A stretch of DNA of 64,000 nt. Origin: Eledone cirrhosa. Lineage: Eukaryota. The notes under the pieces are model-generated. The model did not search any database. It was given only the letters and a program-made list of their open reading frames with translations, and was not told where the DNA came from. A program made the position numbers and the translations under genes. The stretch covers positions 281,852,001 through 281,916,000 of the forward strand of contig OZ024742.1 in assembly GCA_964016885.1 (NCBI GenBank), in the 5' to 3' direction. The first letter of the stretch is position 1; each line of letters begins with the position of its first letter. Of the stretch, positions 1 through 15,100 are shown one piece after another.

Positions 1-663
1 AAAACTATCAATACTTACAGGCAAAATTCTCCGCTTCCGTGTAATTACAACCACACTAATACCAGCCATTTGAACGTATATATCCTTCTCAAGCATTCAT
101 TGAGCTAAATTCTACCTTGAAAACAGCAGTGAAACATATATAGGACTTAATGAACATCCCCTGCTGATTCAGAAATATTGTTTGTTTGTGGGTATATGTG
201 TGTAACACAGAGAGAGATAGTGAGAAAGGAATAGAGTAAAACAGAATTAAGAGAGAGAAACAGATAAGACAAAATGAATATCAAATAGAAAAGTAGGAGG
301 CAGTGTGAATAATAGACAGGAATTAAGAGAGAGAAGGGTAGTAAAGACTGAAGAAAAGCCGAGAAAATTTGACTTCCCGTAATGACGACATACTTTAGTG
401 CCTACGAACACACCTTTTCAACACTCTGTGTTTGTTAATTCTTTCACTACACCATCACCATTACATACTTCAGTGTTTTTCCATATCTATTTTTCATTTG
501 ATAGTACCTCACCTCATAAACAGTGAATCTGTTATTTTTATTATATGTATTATGTTGGTGAGAATTTTGACGACAACACGGCAAATTGCAGAAAGATTTG
601 TTGAGAAATGGCAACGTTAATTTTATGATAGAAATATTCGCATCTGCTTCATATATATATATA

Positions 664-741
<78 letters not shown>

Positions 742-890
742 GAAAAGAATGTATGTATACGTACATATATATATATGTGGAAAATATAAGTATGTATACG
801 TACATACATATATGTGTAGAGACGCACAGTAGCATGTATATATATACATACATGCACACATATATATATTTGTTCAACACTGACACAGGA

Positions 891-933
891 ACGATGTACT
901 AGTTTCAAGCTTATTAGCTATCATCAGCATCGT
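891..933 (-). ncRNA. Minimal type I hammerhead ribozyme
   Basis: Minus strand acgatg CTGATGA t-agct-aata-agct-t GAAA ctag TA catcgt: 6-bp stem I, stem II, palindromic CTAG domain III. Confidence 0.85.
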
Positions 934-1325
934 ATTCCTTTCTGTCAGATGATTGAACGTCTGAAAGTATATACTTTCCTTATGCATATTAACGGCTGAG
1001 AAGCCTAATTTGCATATCGAGTGGGTTAGTCGGCCGGGCATACCGAAAACGATAAATGGAAAAGAATGAGACGAAATTTCATTTCTCACTCTTAGTACGG
1101 TTGATACCTAAATATAAGTATGTATACGTATATACATATATGTGTACAGACGCACAGTAGTATGTATATATGCATACATGCATACATGCACACGTATAAT
1201 TATGTACGTATGGGTTTACCGAACATTTATTATAATGTTCGGTTTGTTTGTAAACAAACAGCCTGAATTACACCGTACAGTGCTCGGCAACCATCGTCGC
1301 CCTTTTGTTCAACACTGACAAAGGA

Positions 1326-1368
1326 ACGATGTACTAGTTTCAAGTTTATTAGCTATCGTCAGCACCGT
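1326..1368 (-). ncRNA. Hammerhead ribozyme, copy 2 of family A
   Basis: acggtg CTGACGA tagctaataaactt GAAA ctag TA catcgt; one stem II mismatch. Confidence 0.7.
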
Positions 1369-1654
1369 ATACCTTTCTGTCAGATGATTGAACGTCTGAA
1401 AGTATATAATTTCCTTATGCATATTAACGGCTGAGCAGCCTAATTTGCATATCGAGTGAGTTATACATACTTATATTTAGGTATCAGCCGTACTAAGAAT
1501 GAGAAATGAAATTTCGTTTCATTATTTTCCATTTATCTTTTTCGATACGCCCGGCCGACTAACTCACTCGATATGCAAATTAGGCTGCTCAGCCGTTAAT
1601 ATGCATAAGGAAAGTATATACTTTCAGTCGTTCGATCATCTGACAAAAAGGTAT

Positions 1655-1697
1655 ACGATGCTGACGATAGCTAATAAGCTTGAAACTAGTACAGCGT
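1655..1697 (+). ncRNA. Hammerhead ribozyme, copy 3 of family A
   Basis: acgatg CTGACGA tagctaataagctt GAAA ctag TA cagcgt; one stem I mismatch. Confidence 0.75.
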
Positions 1698-1896
1698 TCC
1701 TTTGTCAGTGTTGAACAAAAGGGCGACGATTGTTGCAGAGCACTGTACGGCATAATTCGGGCTGTTTGTTTACAAACAACCCGAACATTATAATAAATGT
1801 TCGGTAAACCCATACGTACATATATATATATATATGTGTGCATGTATGTATATATATACATAATACTGTGCGTCTGTTCACATATTTGTATGTACG

Positions 1897-2450
<554 letters not shown>

Positions 2451-2530
2451 GAGACCGAAACCTCGAACGAGACAAGTACATTGACAATTCCCACTCATCG
2501 GTGTCTTGTGGAGAGCATTATAGTATCAGA

Positions 2531-2748
2531 TGCTGTGGATTGACAGGAACGGTAGAGCGTCGGACAACGTGCTTTGCAGCATTGAGTTATGGCCCTTTAT
2601 GATCTGAGTTCAAATCCCGGCAAGTTTAACTTTGACTTTCATCCTTACGGGTCGATAAAATAAAGTACCAGTCACGCACTGGGGTCGATTTAATCGACTT
2701 CCCCCTCCCCCAAAATTGCTGGCCTTGTGCCTAAATAAGAAATTATTA
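2531..2748 (+). mobile_element. tRNA-derived SINE
   Basis: A-box-like head, B-box GTTCAAATC, core ctttcatccttacgggtcgataaaataaagtaccag, (ATT)-type tail; multicopy in window. Confidence 0.8.
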
Positions 2749-2758
2749 TAGTCTAAGA

Positions 2759-2950
2759 TGCTGTGGATTGGCAGGATCGGTAGAGTATCGGATAAGATTC
2801 TTTGCAGCATTGAGTTACGACCCTTTACGTTCTGAGTTCAAATCACGCCGAGGTTAACTTTGCCTTACATCCTTACGGAGCGATAAAATAAAGTACCAGT
2901 AATGCACTGGGGTAATTTGCTGGCCTTGTGCCAACAGTAGAAACAATTAT
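2759..2950 (+). mobile_element. tRNA-derived SINE (tandem neighbour)
   Basis: tggcaggatcgg A-box, gttcaaatc B-box, same core and gaaacaattat tail. Confidence 0.8.
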
Positions 2951-3315
2951 GGTTTCAGATACTTCCAAAGACAGGACTATTCACCTCCAGTTCATCAATA
3001 ATATTTGAAGTAAGATTGATATTCGGGACAAAATAGTACGGACGTGTGTGGAGTGTTCACTGTATGTGTGTATGCCCAGACATATATGTGTGCGTATGTT
3101 TATAGTCATGGTGTATTTAGCATGCTTACTTATATATATACATATATATATACATGTGTGTGTGTATGTGTGTGTGTGTGTGTGTGTCTATGTATCTATC
3201 TATCTATCTATCTACATATATATATATATATATATATGTGTGTGTAGATAGATAGTTCCATACATATACATATAAATGTACACACATATATATATGTATA
3301 TGCCTATTTATATAC

Positions 3316-3354
<39 letters not shown>

Positions 3355-3415
3355 CATGTATATAAATAAGCATATACATATATATATGTATGTACATTTA
3401 TATGTATATATATGG

Positions 3416-3450
<35 letters not shown>

Positions 3451-3497
3451 TATATAGATATATACATATATATCTCTCTATCTCTCTATCTATCTAT

Positions 3498-3589
<92 letters not shown>

Positions 3590-3983
3590 AGAGATAGAGA
3601 GGGGGGGAGAGAGAGAGAGAGAGAGAGAGACATATACACATAGATATACACATACATGTACATAAATAAGGATGTGTCTTTAACATTATTACATAGAGTG
3701 TATCTATTTGTACGTACTCGTCTTCGTATTTACGAGCTTGTGAGGTATTTGCTATTATTTGTATGCAAACTATCGATAAAAGAGAAGAGCAAAGTGAAAC
3801 AACAAAGAGAATCAACAAAGAGAAGCAATAGAACAATGGTAGCCAGAGCGGAAATGAAATTATATGTGAAGATAAAATAATATAAAAGAGTTGGCACTAA
3901 ATAATTGGTCAGTGATTATAAACTGGAGATAACATTATTGTTTTCGTTGGACACTGTTATTAACACAACGTCGCACGCCGTCG

Positions 3984-4450
<467 letters not shown>

Positions 4451-4541
4451 CGATATGAGTGTTCATATGTATACAGGTGTATGTCTGATTTTGTTTCTCT
4501 CAGTATAGATATACCTGGGTTATTGTAGAAATACGTGTATA

Positions 4542-4582
<41 letters not shown>

Positions 4583-6055
4583 ATAAATAGATAGATAAAT
4601 AGATACATAGATAGATATGCGTGTGAATGTGTACGTATATATATATATTTATATATGTATATACATGTACTCACACATTCACATTTCTATATTTGTGGTT
4701 TTGTGAGCACTCGCATATATACATAGATGCCAGTTCACGCATATATGTGTGTGTATTTTGTATGTGTATAAATAAATATCTAACAATGTACTTCGTCATG
4801 TCATTTGCCGAATACCGATGCTGTCTCTTTAACCTCAGCCAGTAGAGTGCTCACAGTAATATGCAATTATAAATATATTTACATACATTTGTATAATGCA
4901 TTCAATTCATTTTACAAAGAGTCCTACAATTTCAAATTTACTACCCAGACGCATGCTATTATCAATATATTGATCACAATTATGCAAGTCTAACTGTCTA
5001 ATTGATGATCATGTTTCCTCCGTCTGTTTCGACGTTGAGCATTCATTGATTCTATCAGCTGAAGATTTGTCTTTGAATTACCATGATTGGTGTATTCCAA
5101 TAGACACGTAATTTTAAAATAACTTCAAAGCCGGATCAGAGTGATATAATATGATTAAAACAATTGTGTGAACATTTGAATTACAGGTACCATCTATCTT
5201 GTATTGTAGTGTGAGTGGTTGAATGTTCCAGATACCCGTGCTCCTAACATTAATTCTCAAGTCGTATCAGCGTGACAAAACGTGAGACACGGTTGGACAT
5301 TTGGAATACAGACACATCTCCTCCTTGATTTGTATCAAGAGTTGTTGAGTATTTCATAGACACGTGTACTCTTAGTCAATTCCTAAGATGAATTTGCATG
5401 GAACAATGTGTGACAAACCATCCAACTGTCTCCATGCAACTTCCTTCTTCCTAATTTCATTCATGAAATTTGGGTCAACAAGAGATTATCCTAAAGTTCG
5501 AAGCGAATTTCTTAACCACTCAGCTATGCGTAGGATATAGCATATTTAAAAATAAACGATATTTCAAATATATCCGTATATTGTTTCATGTGTCTCAGTA
5601 AAGAATAATTCTTTTACTTGTTTCATCATTAAACTGAGGTCATGGTGGAGCACTGCAAGGATTTGGTCAATAATATCGAGCCTAGACTTTTTTTTTCAAG
5701 TATGGTACTAGCGTCGTTGATCTATTATCTGTCAAATTGATATATTACGGGAAATGAACAGACACGCACACACACACACACAAACACACACACACAAGCG
5801 ATAGCACGTTCTTTTTCCGTCTTTAAGGGTATTCACCCTATTTTATAAGCTATTTTATAGCATCTCCGCGCATGAGCACTCCACTTTATATATATGATGG
5901 GTATCTGCAGGTTCAAACTACCAAATTCCATTTACAAAGTAAAACCGAAGCTATTGTGGTAAACACATGCCCAAGGTACCGTGCATGTGGACTGTACTAA
6001 GAACAACATGATTGCGATGCAAAGTTTTGAAATCACACAGCCATGCCAGCGCTAC

Positions 6056-6113
<58 letters not shown>

Positions 6114-6114
6114 T

Positions 6115-6479
6115 ATACACACACGCAAACGCATGCGCAAAAAAGACAAAATAAACAAATAAATAAATATATAAACAGACTAAATAAAGATGGCGTAGAA
6201 AATACAAAATACAATGTAACGGAAGGAAACAATAGCACCACTGACGATGTTGCAGATGTGCAACGAAAGAACTTTGATAAACTATATATATGTGTTTGTG
6301 TCTATATTGTATCTGTATTATTTTTGACCGTTGGTCAGTCAATGGCAACATTGAGGACCGAATAAATAATATTACCGATATAAAAGACACAGAAGCGAAA
6401 AGCGAAAACCAACCAAACAGTGAGTGTGTTCTGTTATTAATTCTGGCAATATTACACAAATATGACCCTCCCCAAGTAT

Positions 6480-6486
<7 letters not shown>
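6115..6486 (+). mobile_element. Solo pLTR of a diverged relative of the 11.8-16.3 kb PLE, with hammerhead at 6237-6278
   Basis: Ends ATGACCCTCCCAAGTATAACAATAT like the PLE pLTR; acca CTGACGA t gttgca gatg tgcaac GAAA gaac TT tgat. Confidence 0.7.
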
Positions 6487-6539
<53 letters not shown>

Positions 6540-6544
6540 TGAGA

Positions 6545-6737
6545 AAAACCACAGACCCTCCATCTCAACTCTACTTTTGAAAAGCAGAAGAACTGCGAAT
6601 CCGGTAAATGAACCAAATAAATTTTTTTTTTTTTTTAAATAAGGCTCCAGTTGCATTTTCGATTTCATCTTTTTTTCTCTATACTTTCACTCGTGTAGGA
6701 CACCTCGGTTATTTTTCATTTTGTAAAAAAACCTCAC

Positions 6738-6745
<8 letters not shown>
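6545..6745 (+). mobile_element. About 200-bp dispersed element with variant hammerhead (second copy 32381-32577, minus)
   Basis: Reverse complement match to 32381-32577; both are bounded by (TA)n. Confidence 0.7.
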
Positions 6746-6815
<70 letters not shown>

Positions 6816-8835
6816 TATCTATATATTTATATATATAAACGGCAAAGTTCTCCTGATAGTGTTTATTTACCTTCTCTTCTGAGCTAGGGGTCGATAAAAT
6901 AAATACCAATATTGAACAAGTATCGATTGAATCGACTATAACCGAAAATAGTTTTGGCCCTGAGCCAAAGGTTAGAAAACATATTAGATGATACCTATAT
7001 AATGATTCTTCGTGTTGTTCCTGTTATTGATGTCGTCGATGTTGTTTAATGAGCAAACCTATGATCAAAGGTTGTTGTCATGGCAATCTGTTTGTTTGAA
7101 TTCGGTGTTACTTTTCTTTTTGTTTTTTAATACATAATATTTCGAGGGCATAATGTCGCGTCTATACCCACATATTCTTGTAACCCTTCTCCCTTATTAA
7201 GACGCCAATATATGTTTTAAAAGGGACTTGACTGTTATTTCTAGCACATTAAGTAACTACATACAGTTTGCAACTTTTCGTGGTTTTGTTAATCCTATGT
7301 GATGTCTACACATTTTGGAATGCTGCAGTATATTGAACGCTGGTATACGACTTAATTTATTTTTGAAATAACTTATTATGTAAAAGATAACTGTATACCC
7401 TATGTCTGTACATATATTTTATTCGTGAACAGAAAAAAGAGATCTGTTGCAATATGTTCCACTCTGTGTTGAGATTCCATCGACCACGGAAACTGTTTAT
7501 AAAACAATATTAATTCGAGATTTGTATGGCGTTCGCCTCATGATCGTAACGTCATAAGTTGTATTCATGGTGGGACGTAGTCTGTTTGAGCAAAACACCT
7601 TATTTCACGTTGATCCAGTACACTCAAACGGAAAAAACGAGCCGTACCTGTAATTCAAAGGGATAGCCTTATCATTGACTGCGCCAAACTGAATCTCCCT
7701 AAGAAATACACTATGCGTACACGAGTCTGTAGGATACTTAGTCATTCAGTCACTTGGACGTTAATTTCACGAGCAGGAATTTCCGTTGATCAAACAATGG
7801 GAACACTCGCCGTTGGAATTGACGGAGATCCAACACACTAAGGGATTGATTAAGTAATATAGGGCGATTTACCTACTTAATGTAGCTGCTAGTTCGATTA
7901 ATAAATGTCAACGATATGCTGCACTACAGAATATATGTATAGATTTTAGCCAACAATCTAGGAAAAGATAGAATTCTAACATTTCAGGCAAAAGTAACTC
8001 ACCGTAGATTATTGATCGGCGATTTAGCCGAGCAAGTACCCTTCAATATAATAATATGAAAGTGCTATTTAAAATTGAATCGAAATCCAAGTGAGAAGCT
8101 CTTAATATGAATTAACTTGTCTGGCAAGCAGTGGGGCTATTCAAGAGCTTGTCCATTAAAAGTGGAACTGGATAATCAGCTGTATACATTGGATCCTTAC
8201 AAATTCGATAAATTAAGTATCAGTCAATGCCGATAGATTAGCGGAAGTGTTAGAGCACCGGGTGAAATAATTTGCGCTATGTCTTTCAGTTTGGCTTTTG
8301 GCTTTCCGAGTTGTAAAAAGTCAGAAACGATTTGTGGAATGTATTCCGAGTTATGAATCGGCGGAACAAAACATCGTGACTTGTTATTATTATTTTATTT
8401 TTACCGATGCATTATCCAATTTCTTCTTTCCTGGTTACTTTAAAATATTAGGTTGTGATTCGATGACAAATTTGCAGCTATTTTTAAGAAATCAATCCAC
8501 CACGTAGATGTTCCCCAATTATCTGGAGGTTTTTATATATTTTCATTTATCTATTTTTTCATTTAACGTCCATTATCTCTGTGATCACTCACGAAGTTGC
8601 ATTCACATTATATACTGAACAAAATCAGGGAACAATGCCATGAAACATAAACCAACTGGTGCACTGCTCAAAAGATCAATAAAGAGGGATTGATCCTAAT
8701 ACACTGTGATGTCCTACTTTGTAACATAAACGGAAATTGAAACGTGATTTAACCGCTCCTCAAGTCTCTCTCTATATATATATCTATATATATATCTATC
8801 TATCTTTTTCTCTCCCTCTCTCTTCTTCTCTGCTC

Positions 8836-8877
<42 letters not shown>

Positions 8878-8997
8878 TATATGTATGTATATATATACAC
8901 ATATATAGGGAAAGAGTCAAGACCCCGACGGCTGAGCTCCTGACGTTTCGACAGCTATATCTATATCTATCTATATATATATATATATATATATATT

Positions 8998-9738
<741 letters not shown>

Positions 9739-9885
9739 GAGTATATGTTGGTTGTTTACCGACACTTCAGTATGCAGATTGGAGCACTCGACGAAGTACG
9801 CAGGTTCGTTTGGTTACACCGGAGTAATGTAAAATAAAATAATTAACTCCAATATTTAAAATTTGGCTTCGTTTATTAAAGATGT

Positions 9886-9940
9886 ACTGCTATATATATT
9901 TCGGTGACAGCCATCATTAGCTGTGACCTCTTCAGGCAGT
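9886..9940 (-). ncRNA. Type I hammerhead ribozyme
   Basis: actgc CTGAAGA ggtcacagc taatgatg gctgtcacc GAAA tatata TA gcagt. Confidence 0.85.
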
Positions 9941-10748
9941 CTGAATTGGTGTGGTAGAGACAGGTACACGTGTTGTTAAAGTGTTTTACTCCGTCAATAC
10001 TTCGATATGTGCAGCTCCTGGTTGGGTTATTTCTCTGAGGAACTGGAATCATATGAATTCGAACAAACGAATTTCTGCATCATAGGACACTCTCTCCTCC
10101 CATTGGTAAGTTGTGAGAACATTTCTCAGTCAAAAGTCTATAGAAATTTTTCTGAGGCAAGACAATCTGTTGTGGTTGTTTTTGTTAAGTACAACTGACT
10201 TCCTCCCTTGTGTTGGTAGTGGTAGTGGTGTTAGGGGGTCAGCTGGCAGGTCAGCTTTAGTTCGGCTGCTGCTATGTTTAGAAGAATTTGTGTGTGGGTT
10301 GGCATCTATCCTGCCACCATTTCACGTGGTGAGGAGGTGCCAAACAGATAAAGAAATAAGTAAAATGAAGAAATAAAAAAATAAGAGACAATAAAAAAAT
10401 AAAAGAATAAAAGAATAAAATAAAATGCGTGTGTGTTATAACCAATATCCAAGTTTGAAAGATTTGGAAAATATTGACTGAAGTAGAAAGGCTGTCAGAA
10501 TCGAGAAGTGCAAAGGTATACAATCTTTACACTATCATGGTGTGGTGCGTTTTAAGAGCAAATGAGACAAGGGTGGAGTGTAAAACACCAGAACACGAGT
10601 GTCAAAATCCGGAAATGCAGAGGACTACAGTTCTTATTTCGGCATAGAGTACATATGCGTGTATGTCAACACACATCGTTCCAAGCTCACACGCACAAGC
10701 ACAGGCCCAGGTGCATCCCATATGCACACATACACACACACACACATT

Positions 10749-10816
<68 letters not shown>

Positions 10817-10819
10817 ACA

Positions 10820-10854
<35 letters not shown>

Positions 10855-10942
10855 GTATCTGTGCATGTACAATCTTAAACAACAGTATCTATGTATGGAC
10901 ATATGCATAAGTATGTGTTGCCAAAGTAGTGGCGGGGCTACT

Positions 10943-11146
10943 GTCCCTATAGCTTGAGGGAAGTTCCCATAACAATGTGTTGTTATTGTCCATATAGCGT
11001 GAGGAAGATCCCGGACCTGAGGTGTCTACATGTTCCGGAGAAGTCCCTATAGCTTGAGGAAAGTTCCCATCCCAGTGTGTTGTTATTGTCCATATAGCTT
11101 GAGGAAGTTCCCGGCGCTGAGGTGTCTACATGTCCCGAAGAAGTCC
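10943..11146. repeat. Staggered partial tandem duplications at the 3' end of a PLE endonuclease
   Basis: gtcc(c/a)tatagc(t/g)tgagg(a/g)aag(t/a)tccc recurs near 10943, 10988, 11043 and 11088. Confidence 0.7.
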
Positions 11147-11745
11147 GTCCTGAGGTTTATCAGGCTGCTTCCACCGCTGAGAATCTCGAGGGTCTCGCTT
11201 AGACATAGTTTGCAGATGCCAGATCCCCCTTTATCAGCTGGTACTTTCCTTATTTTGGCCCAGGCCAGAGAGTACGGGGTCCTGTGCAGCTTGAGCTTCC
11301 AGATCAGTTCGGAAAGAGCCGCACTTTTCCTTTTGTCCTCCCTATTAAAGGAATGGCGATGGTTATACCATCGGTCTTTAAAGTTCGTAGAAGTGGCTCC
11401 TATGTAAAGATGTTCAGAGTTGGGGTTTTTTACTCTACATCCGTATATTAAGTTCTTCCTTAGGCATTCATTACTAAGGGGGCATAATGCTGGGTTTCTG
11501 CAGTTGCAGGAGGTGGTCGACCTCCGCGTGCCTAATGTGGAGTTCGCGTTGTGTATTATATAGTGGTGCTCCCCCGGGCCCGGTGGGGGGGGGGGGTCCC
11601 TGGGTTTGTTTGGGTTTCCAGGGTGGGCATTGGGTCCACCCTTCTTTCCCTCCAAATGGTTCTGCTGGGCGCTCATATTGCCAGCTTCTGGTTGTGTGTG
11701 GTTTTTATGTCTACCCATATTGATGCTAGCTATGTGCTGGGCCAT
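11083..11745 (-). pseudogene. 5'-truncated PLE GIY-YIG endonuclease (CNC-motif type)
   Basis: CNCRNPALCPLSNECLRKNLIY...LYIGATSTNFKDRWYNH...CKLCLSE...CRH; upstream part is replaced by (TA)n and another PLE. Confidence 0.85.
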
Positions 11746-11909
11746 ATATATATATATGTATATTGTTACACTTTGGGAGGGTCATGTTGCCAATAAGAAA
11801 CACACGCACCAGTTGCTTTCACTTCAATTTATTATAATAAATTTATAAATTTAGGAATTTATAAATTTCTGGTTGGTTGGTTCAACAACCAGATAGTTGT
11901 TTATATATT

Positions 11910-11952
11910 GTCAAAGTTCTTTCGTCACACATTCTGTGACCTCTTCAGTGAC
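11910..11952 (-). ncRNA. Hammerhead ribozyme in 3' pLTR
   Basis: gtca CTGAAGA g gtcaca gaatg tgtgac GAAA gaac TT tgac. Confidence 0.8.
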
Positions 11953-12153
11953 TGGGGATTCTTTTCTTTGTTTTTGTGCCTCTCCTTTGTTCTGTCCTAC
12001 GCCATTTTGTTTCTGTGTGTGTGTTGTGTGCTCAGTCTGTGCATGCGCCACATCCAAGTGTCTGTGTGTGTTTATATTTGTTTATTTATTTGTTTATTTA
12101 CATGTTACCAGTTGGTTGTTTGTTCTATGTGTGTGTGTGTTTTCATTTTGTCC

Positions 12154-15100
12154 TTAATTGTAAGTTGTGATGTTGCTGTTCCACTCATATTTTCTATTTA
12201 ATTTTGGTTGTAATTCTTTTATGTTTATTGCCTCTGTGATTTGTCTAAACATTGCGTCTTTTCTGTGTGTAGATTCTATTTTTATTTCTATGTTCTCTAA
12301 TTTACCCTTATATTCTATTTTAGCATGTTGGTAGAGTACAGATGATTCTTTACTATCTTGAAGGTCTAGCCAGTGTTCATTTATCCGTTCCCCTACACTA
12401 CGAGCTGTCTCACCTATGTACACTATATTTTTGTCTCTACATTGTCCTTCAGTACATCTTATGTTATACACTACAGTTCTAGTTTTACAGTTAATATGGG
12501 GGCGTATTTTACAGGTTATACATTTCTTATCTATACAAGGGGGTCTTTGGAAAGGGTATGTCTTGCTAATAAGTGTTTTTACGGAGGTACCTGGTCTTTC
12601 TACTATCTTAATATTGAGTTTATGTTTATCTAGGGCCCTTCTGAATTTGTAAGCTAATTCACCTCTAGGGGTTGTATCGATGAACATTACACTCTGGTAT
12701 TTATTGCTATCATACCATGAGTTTATTCTATTAGCCTTATTCCTAGTTCTTTCTATTCTATTCCAAAATTTGCTCCTATGCAAGGAGCAGGTCCCATTTG
12801 TGTCATTATTTACCATTTTTTCCCATTTGGTTCTGGCTCCTCTATACACTCTGATTCTATCTCTCTGATTGTAACCAGAGAACTGCATACGGTGTATGAA
12901 GTGTTGTATGTGTCTCTCTAGTTCTTCGGGGTTGCACATGCGGGACACGTTTCTCATCACCCGTACCAAATCCGCAATCAGTATTTTGATTTTGGTATGG
13001 TCCCAAACAGCCGAGTTTCGGTGGATCAGATGTTTGGAAGTCATGGGTTTGGCATAATGGGAATAGAGGATTTGTTTTTTGTTATTAATGGTATCTAACC
13101 AGAGCTCTGTGTCTAGTACAGGTAATCGATGGTTGGGGTGTTTACTTGAGTAGTCTATAGTAATTCTAATACTCTGGTGGATGGAGTTAGCTATTTGCTG
13201 GATGCTTTCCATTGTGTTTTTCTCTAGTTCCTGACTGTTCTCTAGTGGGGGTGTCTTAACTACGATATTTATATCGTCAACGTAGCGGGAGTACATTATC
13301 AGGGTTACGGGGTCTTCTAATTGTTCTTTAAGTTTAAGTTTAAGTCTACTGTCCCACCATACCATGAATAAGTTAGCTATGTCGCCTGCAATGCTAACAC
13401 CTATGTATGGCTGCTCCTTCCTCTTGGGCATATGTTTTTCCATTAAATTTGAACATATTTTCCTTAAGGGTTAGTTTTATGCTGGCCCCTACCGCATGTG
13501 CAATCATTTTCTTCAGTTCATCGTGGTTTTCGGGTGTCCGTATGACTCTGGTCCACCCGTTCCATCTATCTGTGTGGGTTTTCTTGGCCATTGAGGTAAT
13601 GGTAGGTGGTCTGCCTCTTGCTGGTCTTGTAGGGCACAGGTTGCTAAGGTCATATGTGTCTAGGTAATTATTACTATAGGTAAGTTTAAGTAGGAGTCCC
13701 AGCTCACTGGTATCAATCCCACGGAACTCAACATTGCTCTCACTGATCATTTCTACGCATTTCTCCACAGCAAAATCCACACCAATAGATGGATACAGGG
13801 ACACAACATCTATACTACCTATTATGCAGTTTGTTAGGTCCCTAGATCGGTTACTCTCGCCGATTCTGCTGAGGAGGTCCTCCGTGCTGTCACATACATC
13901 TGGGGACACTTCAATGATGGGGCGTATGATCAGGGAGAGGAAGTAGGACAGTCTGTAGTTACTAGCAATGTTAGCCCCACAGACTGGCCTTGTTGGTGGT
14001 CCCGTGACAGGGTCACTGCTCGTTTTATGGTCTTTTCGAAGCCCATACAACGCCGGCACGTCATTGTTCCAGGCCTGGAAGTTGTTGGCAGTCATTTTGT
14101 TGGGCTGCATTATATTCGTCCACATCACCATATGAGCATTGAGGGCTTTTTCTCTATCCTCATGCTCCTGTGGTGTTACCTCTCTGGTGTTAGTGATGTG
14201 GGGTTGCAATGCCTGGATGTAGTTTGGCAGGCTGTCAACCGACATTCTGCCAGACCTGTCTGTTGGAAAGCATGCTATCTCTCCATTACGTGAGCGCTGC
14301 ATGAGCTTATGCAAGCCATTTGCAGATTTTTCTCCCAGTTGCTGGGCCTCCATTCGATTATGCTTCTTGCTATACTGCTCTATAATATTTCTAAGTTCGG
14401 ATTTAGCTATACTAAATTGTGCTTCTGTTTGTTCATCGACCTGTGACGGCAATTGCGTGCGTTTGTTAAATGGTAAAGTCGTGGCGTGGACTCGTCGTAG
14501 GTCGAACGACTTATCGGAGGGATTATAAAAAGTAGAGTTCCAGGCTGCTGCTTTATTTGTACTAGTGCTATTGTTGTTGTTAGTTGTGTTGTTTCTATTT
14601 CTATTTCTATTTCTATTTCTATTTCCACCAACAGCCTCATGGTTGTTTCTATGTCTCTCATAATTACTCCTGTCTCTTTCCACTGGCTCATTGTTATTAT
14701 ATACTCTATTTTGTGTGTCTGTGTGTTCGTCTTGTTTATTTTCTTTGTCCATAGTCTCCCTTCTCCTTTTAATCCTATTACTTTCCCTTATTTCTGTGAT
14801 TTCTGTGCTACTGTCATTACTTGTTTTCTGTGTCTGTGTGTTTGTTAAGATTATGGTGGTGGTGAGAGGCATTGAATGTGTGTGTGTTGTTGTTGTTGAT
14901 GTGTGCTGTTGTTGTTGTCTCCGTGTGTGTTATTATTGTTGTGTGTGTTGTTATTGTTGTTTGTGTCTGCGTGTCTGTTGTTGTTGTTTCTGGGTATGTT
15001 ATTATTGTTGGTGTCTGTGTTGTTGTTATTGTTGTTTGTGTCTGTGTGTCTGTTGTTGTTGGGATGTGTGTTGTTTATGTGTGTGCGTATATTGTTACTT

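Noticed and set aside
10000-10200. Possible decayed GIY-YIG C-terminus on the minus strand
   Set aside because: Motifs too eroded to support a call
11897-12201. Recurrent short Cys/Phe-rich ORFs (also 15834-16166 and 37334-37660)
   Set aside because: Antisense translations of the pLTR, repeated only because the DNA is repeated
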